NCBI GenBank assembly: GCA_964016885.1
Contig: OZ024740.1
Span: 430,652,001 to 430,715,992 of the forward strand
DNA: 63,992 bases
Source of the DNA: Eledone cirrhosa
Taxonomy: Eukaryota
Direction: 5' to 3'
Part shown: one piece after another, positions 39,801 to 51,580 of the stretch
Position numbering within the stretch: the first letter of the stretch is position 1
Layout of the letters: every line of letters begins with the position of its first letter
Made by a program: the position numbers and the translations under genes
Notes under the pieces: generated by a model
Seen by the model: the letters and a program-made list of their open reading frames with translations, nothing else
Told to the model about the DNA's origin: nothing
The model's database searches: none

Positions 39801-40675
39801 CAGTGTGGACTGAGTGCCTTTTGTTGTGACACTAACACTACCACTTTACAGTGTGGACTGAGTGCCTTTTGTTGTGACACCAACACTACCACTTTACAGT
39901 GTGAACTGGGTGCCTTTTATTGTGACACCAACACTACCACTTTACAGTGTGGACTGAGTGCCTTTTGTTGTGACACTAACACTACCACTTTACAGCGTGG
40001 ACTGGGTGCCTTTTGTTGACACCAACACTACCACTTTACAGTGAGGACTGAGTGCCTTTTATTGTGATACCAACGCTACCACTTTACAGTGTGGTCTGGG
40101 TGCCTTTTAATTGTGACACCAACACTACCACTTTACAGTGTGGACTGGGTGCCTTTTATTGTGACACCAACACTACCACTTTACAGTGTGGACTGAGTGC
40201 CTTTTGTTGTGACACCAACACTACCACTTTACAGTGTGGACTGAGTGCCTTTTGTTGTGACACCAACACTACCACTTTACAGTGTGGACTGGGTGCCTTT
40301 TGTTGTGACACCAACACTACCACTTTACAGTGTGGACTGGGTGCCTTTTGTTGTGACACCAACACTACCACTTTACAGTGTGGACTGAGTGCCTTTTATT
40401 GTGACACTAACACTACCACTTTACAGTGTGGACTGGGTGCCTTTTATTGTGACACCAACACTACCACTTTACAGTGTGAACTGGGTGCCTTTTATTGTGA
40501 CACCAACACTACCACTTTACAGTGTGGACTGGGTGCCTTTTATTGTGACACTAACACTACCACTTTACAGTGTGAACTGGGTGCCTTTTATTGTGACACC
40601 AACACTACCACTTTACAGTGTGGACTGAGTGCCTTTTATTGTGACACCAACACTACCACTTTACAGTGTGGACTG
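24848..40675. repeat. Composite tandem repeat: four 48-bp satellite arrays separated by three copies of a ~890-bp spacer
   Basis: Arrays at ~25200-26496, 27386-30888, 31778-35086 and 35976-40675 (unit TTACAGTGTGGACTGRGTGCCTTTTATTGTGACACCAACACTACCACT). Near-identical spacers at 26497-27385, 30889-31777 and 35087-35975. The spacer's 3' part also occurs at 24848-25200. Confidence 0.97.
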
Positions 40676-41518
40676 CCGTCGGGGTTCTGACTCTTTTCCT
40701 ATATATATATATATATCATCATCATCATACTTTCGGAGGGTGATGCTACCAATTAAAACACACACCAGTTGAGTTCCAGTTTTTCTATTATTTTATTATT
40801 GGATTCGCAGTACTGGTAGAGGGTCGGACGCCATGTTTTGCCGCATAGAGTTACGGCCCTTTATGGTCTGAGTTGAAATCCTGCCGAGGTTAACTTTGCC
40901 TTTCATCCTTACAGGGTCGATGAAATAAAGTACCAGTAATACACTGGAATAATTGCTAGCCTTGTGCCAAATGTAGAAACAATTATTATTAGTTAAGTAT
41001 CTAATTCATTCATTAGTTAGTTTAGTAATGAGATGGTTGTTTAATTATTGTCAAGTTAATTGTCAGAGCTTTCATCATACACCCTGTTACTTTCTCTCTC
41101 CACTATGTTTTATTTTACTCTATATTGTCTATATGTCTGTGTGTATGTTTGTGTGTATGTCTGTGTGTGCCTTCACTCGCATTTGACACCATGGTTATTG
41201 GCATTTGTTTATGTTTCGTGGCTTATGTTTGGCTGTACACACCTAAGTCAAAATACAAGCCAGGGTTATCATCAAGAAAGGTATCAGCTGTAGACCCTCC
41301 TCCAAATGACTCATGTCATGCTAGCATGCAACAGGTGATGATATAGCATGCAATGATGACATTAACCTAACATACAAACAGTGAGACAGGTGTTACATTG
41401 ATAAATAATTAAATATATTATATATCAATATAAACAATAACATATTGTTTTCAATAATATTTACTGTTAGCAAGCTGTCATGTCTGTATGATGATTGAAT
41501 CTCAACCACTATATAATG

Positions 41519-41553
<35 letters not shown>

Positions 41554-41633
41554 GTAAACAGAAATAACAACACAATCGGTACAGTATATGGAAGGGATAT
41601 ATTAGTTTAACGTTTGATATAGCTGGAAGAGAG

Positions 41634-41669
41634 TCTTAACGTTTCGGACGCTAGTCTTTCATCAGAGGA
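41634..41669 (-). ncRNA. Degenerate minimal hammerhead motif (PLE-type remnant)
   Basis: The reverse complement reads TCCT-CTGATGA-AAGAC-TAGC-GTCC-GAAACGTTA-AGA, with a palindromic AACGTT stem III and a UUA site. Stems I and II are imperfect. Confidence 0.45.
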
Positions 41670-42581
41670 AAGAATGAGAAATAAGATAGATTGAGGGGAT
41701 GGGCAGGGTGGAATTGGAAAAAATGTTTTTAGAGAAAGATAACAATTCCATTCAGGTTGCTATCTCTTGGAAAACTGTTGCTGCTGGCGTTTTGTGTATG
41801 ATATACTTTTTTTTAAAAGTGGATGATGAAACCTGAAATGGAAAAAAATACATTTTGTGTGCGTATGTTTTACGTCCATATGAAGCTAAGAGGATAGATG
41901 TGTGTATATGTAGTAAAAGAGTGTGTGTGTGTGTGTGTGCTTGTAAGTACAAAGCTATGAGCAAAAGTATCTTAATATAAGGGAGTGTATGTATTGTCTA
42001 TATGGTGAAGGCACGTGACCTAGTGGTAAGAGTGTTGACTTATGATCGTAATATTGTGGGTTGGATTGTGTTGTGTTCTTGAGCAAAACACTTCATTTCA
42101 TGTTGCTCCAGTATACTCAGCTGGAAATGAGTACCTGCAATGGACATGAATACTGTTCAGGGGGAAGTCTTGTACTCTAATTTTCTTCATGCAATGAAAC
42201 CGGGATAATCACCGGCTCAACACGTTGCTTGCAGCACAAGAGGGCATGCATGTCTATATGATAATTGTATCTCAACTGCTGTGTAATGTGTATAGAAGTG
42301 TGTATATATCTGTATATTTAACTAAGAAATGTGTATATATATCTATATATTTAGCTAAGCAATGTTGTGTATATATATATATTTATATAATTAACCAAGT
42401 AACTGTAATGTTGTGTATATATATATATATTTATTTATATATTTAACTAAGCAATTGTATAATGTATATATATTTATAAATTTAACTAAACAACTATGTA
42501 ATGTTGTGTATATTTATTTAACTAAGTAGCTGTGTAATGTTGTGTATATATATTTATATATTTAACTAAGCAACTATGTAA

Positions 42582-44540
42582 TCATCATCATCATCATCTT
42601 CATTTAACGTATATCTTCCACACTAGCATGGGTTAGATGGGAGTTGTCCCACTTGAGGCAAGGTTGGTCGGGTGACCGTGTCTCGCTCATATAGGACTGT
42701 CTGTTAGGTTTTCTATGGCTGGATGCCCTTGTAGCGCTCTCTAGATAAAGGGATGTAGCTAGAGTTACTTCCCGTAGAATTTCTAGAACATTTTTGATTG
42801 CCCTGCACTTTTTTATACACCTACCATCTTTCATGCGCATCACGTGACCATACCAATGTAGTCTTCTCTCGAGTAAACAGCATCTGATCCCTCTTATTCC
42901 TAATTTCTCACTTAGTTCAATTATGCTTTGCCATTCACGTATATTACTATTACACATCCAATGGAGCATGCATGCTTCACTCCTTTCCAATCTGCGCAGG
43001 TCCTCTGCACGCAATGCCCATGTCTCACTGCCATGTAGCATTGCTGTTCGTATACAAGCATCATATAATCGGCCTTTCATTTTCAGAGAGAAAACTTCTG
43101 CGTATAGGAGTTCCCATGGGCAGCCGGTCTTAAACTCCTCTGTTATAGACTGAAGGACAATAATAAATAGGAGGGGGGGGTAAGAACAGAGCCCTGATGA
43201 ACACCAACTTTTACACTAGATTCTTCACAATATTCATTGTTAATTCTAACCTTGCTGACTGTTTCTTTATACATGGCTTGTATAGCTCTCACAAGCCATT
43301 CATCTACACCTAATTTTCTAAGAGCCCACCAGATAATGGAGCGGGGGACTCTGTCAAAGGCTTTCTCCAGGTCTACAAAAGCTAAGTAGAGGGGTTTACT
43401 TTTAGCTAGGTACTTCTCCTGTAGTTGTCGTACAAGGAAAAGAGCGTCTGTGGTACTTTTACCTGACACAAACCCAAACTGCATTTCATCTAGATCAATT
43501 CGCTCTCTGATTAGTTACACTATAACTCTTTCTGTGACCTTCATGACCTGGTCAATTAACTTAATGCTTCTATAGTTTCCCCTATCTAGAGCATCCCCTT
43601 TACCCTTGTAGCAGTTAATGATGATGCTGCTACGCCAGTCTTTTGGTATGACCCCGTTCTGTATTACTTGGTTAACTATTCGGGTGACCTAGCATGTCCA
43701 ACCATTCCAGATGCCTTCAACATCTCAGCAACTATCTCCGAAGGCCCAGCTGCCTTGCCTGTCTTCATATCTTTGATTGCCTTACTTATTATACTACCTT
43801 TAACTTGCACCGCTGGTCCTTCTATTGGATCGATTTGGGGCAGACTATCTTTGTCCCACTTATTCTCCTCATTTAATAGTCTCTCGTAGTGACACTTCCA
43901 GGCTATCTTCTTATCAGTATCAGTGAGGGCAAGTACACTGTTATCATTACGGACACATTTCTCCCCGACAATATCACGGTTTTCCTTGGTACATTGTCTA
44001 GCAATCCTGAACACCTCACATTTTTGGTCCTCACATTGTAGAACATGCTTGAACTTTCTTTCCTCTGCTTCCCTTTTTGTAAGGTACACTTGTCTCCTAG
44101 CTTCTCTCCTGGCCACTTGATAGTGTTCTCTACTTCCCCCATCCTGCCATACTTTCCAAGCCTGCTTTTTGGCCTTGATTGTCTCCTCTACCTTACTGTT
44201 CCACCACCAAGTTACTCTCCTCCTGCCAATAGGTCTGCTCCAGCCACAGATTTCATCCGTTGCTTTCAGCAGGTTCACTTTCAAGAATTCCCAATGTTCC
44301 TCTATATTGCACGTCTCTAATTGCTCTTCCTTATTGTCAAAGGCATCAAGTAATAAGCTTTTAAATTTGTCACTGGCTATGGAGTCCTTCAACTTCCATA
44401 TTATTCTCCTCAAGGTAGGCCTCCTCTGTTGTCGAGTACGTCTATTCCTGACTATGAGGTCACTAACTACTAGGCTATGTTGGGAGGTGCATTCTTCACG
44501 GGGGAGGGATTTAGTGTTTACAACAGACACTTTGTCACGT
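42582..44540 (-). mobile_element. RTE-clade LINE, truncated and internally deleted (end of APE, RT, C-terminal region, (ATG)n tail)
   Basis: TSQHSLVVSDL, MKTGKAAGP, QFGFVSGKSTTDA, FVDLEKAFDRV, GVHQGSVL, AMLHGSETW. The (CAT)n tail is at ~42582. Confidence 0.9.
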
Positions 44541-45744
44541 CTTCATGTATATATATTTATATATTTAACTAAGCTACTATGTAATGTATATATATCTATA
44601 TATTTAACTAAGAAACTGTGTAATGTTGTGTATATATTTAAAACCCTCAGTTGTGTCAAAGACATGACAATCTCTCCTGTGTAGTGGGAAGAACATGAAA
44701 CTGTACATAAGCGAGAGACAGATCCTTGGCCTATCTAGGAGATCAGTAGCCCCGCTTCAGTACTGACTTGGTCTATGTAAATCTATCCAACCCATGCTAG
44801 TAGGGAGAGCGGATGTTAAAATGAAGATGATGATATTTAACTAAGTAGTTGCATTGCTGAACATATTTGGAATTCTCCAGCATCATCATCATCACCATCA
44901 TTTTTGATTTTACATTTATTCTGTTTAATATTGTCATGCTGGTTGGACGAGATATTGTCAGGCAGTATTCTATGCCAGAATTCCCTTCCTGATGCCAGCT
45001 CTCACCTTTCTTTCCATGTAGGGTATGAATCTTCGCATACCTGAGCTGTGAGACTTCTGTTTATGTTAGACATAAACAAATATGTGTTAGTGATGTCAAA
45101 TGTGAAGAGAAAGTATACACATATGATGGGCTTCATACAGTTGTTGTCTACCAAGTTCATTCATAAGTCATTGGTCAGCCTGAGTCTATAGTAGATGTTT
45201 CCATATGGTGTCACAAAGTGAGATAGAACCCAACATCATGGGATTTTGAAGGAAACATCTTAAACAACCAATTTGTATCCTGTCACAGGGGGACTATTTA
45301 AATAAACAGTAAACAACTGCAATAGAGAGTTAAGAAAGTTATGGTTAGGTTAGCTTTGCCTTTCATCCTTACAGGGTCGATAAAATAAAGTACCAGTAAT
45401 GCACTGGGATCGATTTAATTGACTTCCCCCTCTCCTTCAAATTGCTGGCCTTGTGCCTAAAGTGGAAAGAATTATTATTACTATATTGTGTTGTAGAGAA
45501 CAGAGACAGTCTTTGTTCCTGTTTAATAGTGTTTTATGTGACAAGTTGCTCCCTGTTTGGTGCTTCTGAATTCCTGGAGAGTTTTCAGTACTACAAAACA
45601 TGGCTGATTCCAAGAGAGAGAAGAATGGTACTTTATTTACTGATCTGTTATTTAATTGATCTGCTACATTATTGATCTGCTACTTTATTGATCTGGTACT
45701 TTATTGATCTGTTATGTTATTGATCTGCTACATTATTGATCTGG

Positions 45745-46408
45745 TACTTTATTTACCACCTGCTGTCACATGTAGGATGGATCTGGCCATCAACTAAGTC
45801 CATTGTGAAGATCACTCCGCCATCTTCCTTTAGAGGGGAAGGACAATCCATTTTTTTTATCTGCCTGGTGGCCATGGTGAAAGGTTGTGTGGTGGATGTA
45901 TTTAAAAGAGTTGAAGATAAGCACTTTCCCCTTCAGCAAAACCCTGATTAACTTTTTCAGGTTTCACCTGAAGAGAACATTGAGGGGCGGGGAGAGGGAA
46001 GTACTGCCTTCCAACCAGTTTGTTGAAAGGTGTTGAGAGGTTAGAATGGCCCAAGTAAATGAGCCTGCTCTAAGTATGAGCTGGTAAATTGGAGGAGGAC
46101 AACTGGGAGAGGGCACTTAACCTTAGTGGTTAAGGGGACCATGAGAGAGGTCACTTACCTTAGTGGTCAGGGTGACCATGAGAGAAGTCACCCAGGTAGT
46201 AAGGGTGATCCTGACTGACCCTCGGATATCTCCCCCACCCCCATCTTTGGAGGAATTTGTTATTTTCGATTTTTTAAATGTTTATTTAGTTATTGTTATA
46301 AATATTTCTTACACAACGCCCCCCTAAAACTGTGTCATCCCGTGCTGTCTTTATTGTCTGTCTAATGTCAGCCCTGTATGGATAATATACCATTAATATT
46401 ATTATTTT
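45745..46408 (+). mobile_element. Old 3' fragment of a Tx1-like LINE subfamily ending in (ATT)n
   Basis: SIVKITPPSSFRGEGQSIFFICLVAMVK aligns with SIVRIKPPATFKNEREAVFLCTVAMVK at the end of ORF 8104-9963. Confidence 0.65.
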
Positions 46409-46431
46409 TTCTGTTTTCTTAGACTGCAACT

Positions 46432-46506
46432 ATGTCAGGTGGAAGTTTTGATCCCTGTGAATGTATATGGAGCCATGAGAATGCTATGAGGAGACTGATT
46501 CAAATT
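46432..46506 (+). CDS. SMIM14: SMIM14 coding exon 1 (MSGGSFDPCECIWSHENAMRRLIQI)
   Basis: FDPCEC.WSHE.AMRRLI is the SMIM14 N-terminal signature. Acceptor AG at 46421-22 after a pyrimidine tract, donor GTGAGT at 46507 (phase 0). Confidence 0.93.
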
Positions 46507-48323
46507 GTGAGTTTTACTTTATATTGGTTTGATTTATTATTTCTTTCTTATTCTAATAAAAAAGTACGCCATGGACCCCCCCCTCCCCAATATATTTTGA
46601 TGTTTTTGTTGTTGTTTAGCAACAGTTCAATATTGATTAAGCAAACCTATCATCAATATCCAGTTTCTTTTTCAAGCATAGTTTAACTTTCATTACATTC
46701 TTCAATATGCCCTTTCGTTTTTTTTAAATGGTAAGGTATTTCAATGACTTTGCTGTTATTTCTTGCAGGTTAAGAAACCACATACATGCTTCTTTGTTAG
46801 GTGTGTGTGTGTTCCACTTATCTACCATCGTTACAGGGTTTATAGCATTCCTTTTTAGAAGATCTTTAAGTCACTATAGAATATGTCCTCTATAAGCATG
46901 TTTTGGTTTTTTTTTTACTCTTTAGTCGGGTACGAAATGGCAGTCTCCATGGCCTTTTTCAGGATCCCCAAGTTAGGTTGGAGGGAGGGAGGTATTCTCA
47001 AATTATAGACTAGGTTTAAATACTTAAAGATGACTCCAGTAACACACCTTAAGACCAGACGTTGGTGTTAAGCCAGGAGATGGATTAAATTTAGCAGACA
47101 TGTAGGTCACAGTTGAACTCTGCCAGGTGCTGGAAGAAATACTGCCAGACATCTCCTTCACCCCTCTAACAATATTGTCTATCAACTGCCCTAGATTGCT
47201 ACTTATTTTATCGACCACCAGAACAATGAAAGGCCATGTTGACTTCTGCAGACAATTGGAATAAATACCACAAGGTATTGTCTTAAACTCTAACAACGCT
47301 GTCAATTTGCTGCCTCTTTATTACAGATATTTCTTCCCATGAGAAAAAAATATATATTTACAGTGAAATCTATGCTTTATTGATGAGGTCAATGTCTGAA
47401 GTTGTCTCCCCTACATGCTGAAATAATTGTTTCTACGTTTGGCACAAAGCCAGCAATTTAAATGGTAGGGGAAAGTATAAATAAATATACAGAAAGCGGT
47501 GTAGTGTAAATAAATATATTAACTTGACAACAATATAATTAGGGAGTATGCATGTTTTTTCTTTTTTCTTTCTGGTTAATTTTTTATTGATTTAATTTTG
47601 TAAATAATATTTATGTAAATTCCTCATTATCATTTAACATGTTTCTTTCCTACTGTCATGGTTTGGTAAGTTTGCCACATACCAGGTCAATGTTTGGTCA
47701 GAGCTACTGTCCAGACTGACTGGAAACCATGTCAAACTTACATACCTTCTGGTTCTGGCATGGTTTCTATAGCTGGATACCCTTTCTACCACCAACCACT
47801 TTACAGAGTGTACTGGGTGCATTTTATTGTAGCACCAACACTAAGAAGATTGTCAATCATTTAATTGATTGAAGAGACCTCTCCAATGGGAGAAAGTTCT
47901 TTGTTACAAGACAGCCATGTTCCAAGGTGGGGAATAGGTGGAGAGGAAAGATTAAGATGAATGACAAGTATGATATTATAGAGATATAGTAAATTGGTAT
48001 TTATATAATTTCTGAAAAGAAAATTATCTCATATCTCGGTTTAATTAATGTTTGTCACACATAAAATACATATTTAAACCGGCCATATCCGGCCAGAATT
48101 CTCTTACCTCTTTCTGTTCCAACCGGCTGTAACTGGCCACTTATAATGATATTAAGGTATTGTTCTCAAAATAAATAACATTGAAATCTCATAGATTCGA
48201 TATTATGTAAGATAATTATGTGAGATAAAGCCTTTACCGCGAAAATACAATAGTATATTTAGAGTAATGTAAATGCTAAAGGGTTAAGTCATATATCATG
48301 TTTATAATTTCCGTCTATTTTAG

Positions 48324-48372
48324 TTACGGACATCTCAGACACACTGTACAAATGACCAATGCCTCCAGGAAA
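48324..48372 (+). CDS. SMIM14: SMIM14 coding exon 2 (LRTSQTHCTNDQCLQE + 1 nt)
   Basis: TTTTAG acceptor and GTAAGT donor. It matches the SMIM14 LRQSQ..CT..ECLQE motif, and the phase is consistent with neighbouring exons. Confidence 0.92.
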
Positions 48373-49129
48373 GTAAGTAAAATTGTTTTTTGCAGTTATA
48401 TACATCGTTTACGTTCCTTTTTCTCTTAATATGTTAATTTTAGTTATTATCCAGAAGTGGATAAAAAGAGAGATTAAAAGAGTTGATTGAGAGTTACTTC
48501 CCTTAGATGCTAACACTGTGGTGATTAGTCTCCCTTGTTTAAACCATTTATCAACCATTATGTCGCAGGTATTGTTATACAGTGAAGAGGTTTGCTTCGC
48601 AACTGTGTAATTTTGGATGCTATCCAACAGCCTGGGATTTTTTATAAATGTTTCTATTATAGCCTCAAGATAACCGATGTTTTGTGACTCGTGTTTAGTT
48701 GACCGAAACTATGTGGAAGCGTCTTGTGTATAACAATATATATAGAAAGAAAATGCACTTGGAGTCGTTAAGAAGATTTATTTAGATTAACTTAGCCGGT
48801 TTCACAATCTCGTGAATTTCAAAAGTTATGTGAAAGGGAGGGACGGAGATGTGTGCCATAACTTTCTTGCATCAACTTCCTTTCTTTAAATTTCTACCCG
48901 TGTGGAATAAAGATCTTGCTTTTCTGTATGTATGTATGTATGCATGTATGTGTGTGTGTGTGTATGTATTGTATGTATGTATGTGTGTATGTATGTATGT
49001 GTGTATGTATTGTATGTAATTATGTATTGTATGTATGTGTGTGTATGTATTGTATGTAATTATGTATTGTATGTGTGTGTGTGTATGTATGTATGTGTGT
49101 ATGTATGTATGTGTGTCTATGTATGTATC

Positions 49130-49550
49130 GGGAGAGATGACCCCTTAGCCTTTGTCAAGGCAGAATTCTAGGAGAAGGAAAACTCTGATATAACACCTGC
49201 AACTCTGATGGTATCCAATGATGTTGACTTGTTCTTTTTGGTAAATATCATCTTGGTTAAGAGAGTGGGACTGGCTTTGTGCAGTGCCTTTGCTCACTAT
49301 AAAAGCTTCACGGCACAGGCATTGCTTTATATCTGGAGATCTCTCTGCACTTGTCATCACATGGTACCATGGGCCTAGCACTATGTGTCAATAATTGTCA
49401 CAAGTGTAGTGTTTGTACCAGAGTTTTCAAGTCGTTGGCTGGACTAAAGTCACATTCGTTCAGCGCATCGGTAGGAGTTCTCCTACATGGATATAAAGTA
49501 GTGGCCATACTCGAAAACGAGTTGGCAGCCACCATGTATGTATGTATGTA
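49130..49550 (+). mobile_element. Degraded LINE 3' end with a C2H2-like motif, within (TATG)n
   Basis: HKCSVCTRVFKSLAGLKSH is followed by a short tail and (TATG)n. (TATG)n also lies upstream (48925-49128). Confidence 0.4.
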
Positions 49551-49649
49551 TCCGTCCATGGATAGGGAAATGGAAGAAGGAAAATACTGCTCAATCTTGT
49601 ATAAGAGAGCTGATATATTATTTATTTCTGTTCATGAACAGAAATAAAT

Positions 49650-49727
<78 letters not shown>

Positions 49728-49730
<3 letters not shown>

Positions 49731-50988
49731 GGTGCGGACGATATTTGTTTGCAATTTTCAACTGCTAATTTTATGCAATTTTTTTTACTTCCGTTGTCAC
49801 TCTTGTCTTCATAAAAACAGTGACTATATTTCCATTATTTATTTTCAGAATAATTGATTAGGAATAATTTTGAACCTCCAAATTTGTGGAAGAGACACGG
49901 AGTTCTTCTTGGAATCCGCGCTGGGAGGACAAATAAGGAAATTTCAGACTTTCTCAGCGTCAGCAGGAGAATGGTGGAAAAGGTCAGAAAGGAATTGGAA
50001 GATTCAGGATTCGACTACGAAGCAACATCAGAGAGGAAAACGCATGATTGACGATCTGACGCCTTCAGAACGCCCGAGTTCGTCGTTGAAGTTCAGGATA
50101 TCATCAACAATGAACCTAGCAAGTCGATGCGTGTCATTGCAAGGGAGAAAGGCGTGGATAAAAAGCTTATTAGGCTGGTGGTACTTGAAGACATTCGCTA
50201 CGTTTCATACAAGATGAGGAATGGACAATTTCTGTCAAAGGCGAGGCAAGAAAAGCGACTGATGCACGCAAAGAAGCTGATCAACAAGTTTAAACACCCA
50301 CTGGAGCCAGACATGCTGTGGTTTTTCTCCGACGAGAGAAACTTCTGCCTAGACCAGAAGATCAACTCCCAGAACAGCAGGTGGCTCGCTGTCTCATCCA
50401 AAGACGTGCCCAGAGTCATGCAGACAAAGTTTCCAGCGACAACATTGGTCTTAGGTGTCGTCAGCAGTCAAGGTGACGTCATGCCACTTCACTTCTTGCC
50501 TGAAGGCCTCAAGCTGAACACCGATGGCTACATCTGCATTCTGAGCGAGGTAGTAAAGCTCTGGATCGACCAGGTAGTTGCAGGTAGGCTGTACGTGTGG
50601 CAGCAAGACTCAGCGCCCTGCCATACCAGCCGAAAGACCCAAGCCTGGATGTCAGAGAACTTCGTCGACCACACTTCACCTGACATCTGGCCTCCCAACT
50701 CGCATGACTGCAACCCGCTCGACTTCTTTGTGTGGAGCGCAGTGGAACGAGACACCAACAGATCTAGCTGCAATACGAAAGAAAATCTGAAGGCCAGGAT
50801 CACAAGTGCCTTTAGAGGTCTAAGTCGGGGGACAGTGACAAAGGCCTGTAGCGGGTTTATTGAGTGAGATCGAAAGAACAAGTCATAAAGACAAACTGAC
50901 CCAACTTTGATAAATATATCTTTAAAAATAAAACTGTGTTATATTTTCCTAGACAGTAATCTAGCGAACAAATATCGTCCGCACCCTG
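49728..50988 (+). mobile_element. Tc1/mariner DNA transposon, DD37D (maT) family, transposase inactivated
   Basis: TIRs CAGGGTGCGGACGATATTTGTT / AACAAATATCGTCCGCACCCTG, right flank TA. Catalytic motifs FSDE, WQQDSAPCH and NPLD, with 37 residues between D2 and D3. An in-frame TGA at 50049-51 splits ORFs 49854-50051 and 50127-50867. Confidence 0.92.
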
Positions 50989-50994
50989 TATATA

Positions 50995-51580
50995 CAGGTG
51001 ATCAGATTAGCATAGGAAGGGGGTGTTCCAAGGCCATAGTATCTAGAATAAGAATGAGTTGGAAGAAGTTTAGGGAGCTGCTTCCTCTGTTGACAAAGAA
51101 GGGTTTCTCCCTGTGTATGAAAGACCGGTTATATGATGCCTGTGTGAGATGTGCGATGCTGCATGGTAGTGAGACATGGGCAGCAACTGCAGGGGATATG
51201 CGACGGCTCGAGAGAAATGAAGCAAGCATGCTCCTTTGGATGTGCAATGTCAATGTGCGTGAACGACCGAGCATGGATGAGTTGAGAGAGAAACTGGGTA
51301 TAAGAGGGATAAGTTGTGGTGTGCAGGAGAGAAGACTGTGTTGGTATGGACATGTGATGTGCATGGAGGATGACCGCTGGGTAAAGAAGTGCCAAGAAAT
51401 ACCAGTAGAAGGAAGACGCAGTAGAGGAAGTGGGCGGAGGTGGTGAGAGCAGACCTCAGATCGCTGAAGCTCACGGAGGAGATGACGAAGGACTGTGACA
51501 AGTGGAGAGATGCTGTGCTGAATATGACCAATCCCACCCTTTCAAGCAGGGAAAAGCGGACGTAAAATGATGATGATGAT
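50995..51580 (+). mobile_element. RTE-clade LINE 3' fragment
   Basis: GDQIS..WKKFRELLPLL..AMLHGSETW..RRLCWYGHV, ending GCGGACGTAAAA(TGA)n. Confidence 0.85.

Noticed and set aside
25200-40675. CRISPR-like regular repeats
   Set aside because: The units are contiguous 48-bp monomers without unique spacers, there are no cas genes, and the context is eukaryotic.
25598-40690. Repetitive ORFs (CDTNTTTLQCGLSAFY / PFIVTPTLPLYSVDWV)
   Set aside because: These are translations of the SINE-derived satellite, with frequent stops and frameshifts between units.
48780-48890. Hammerhead-like motif in the SMIM14 intron (minus strand TTGATGC...GAAACCGG)
   Set aside because: The core deviates from CUGANGA and stem I is not evident. 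It is too degenerate to call.
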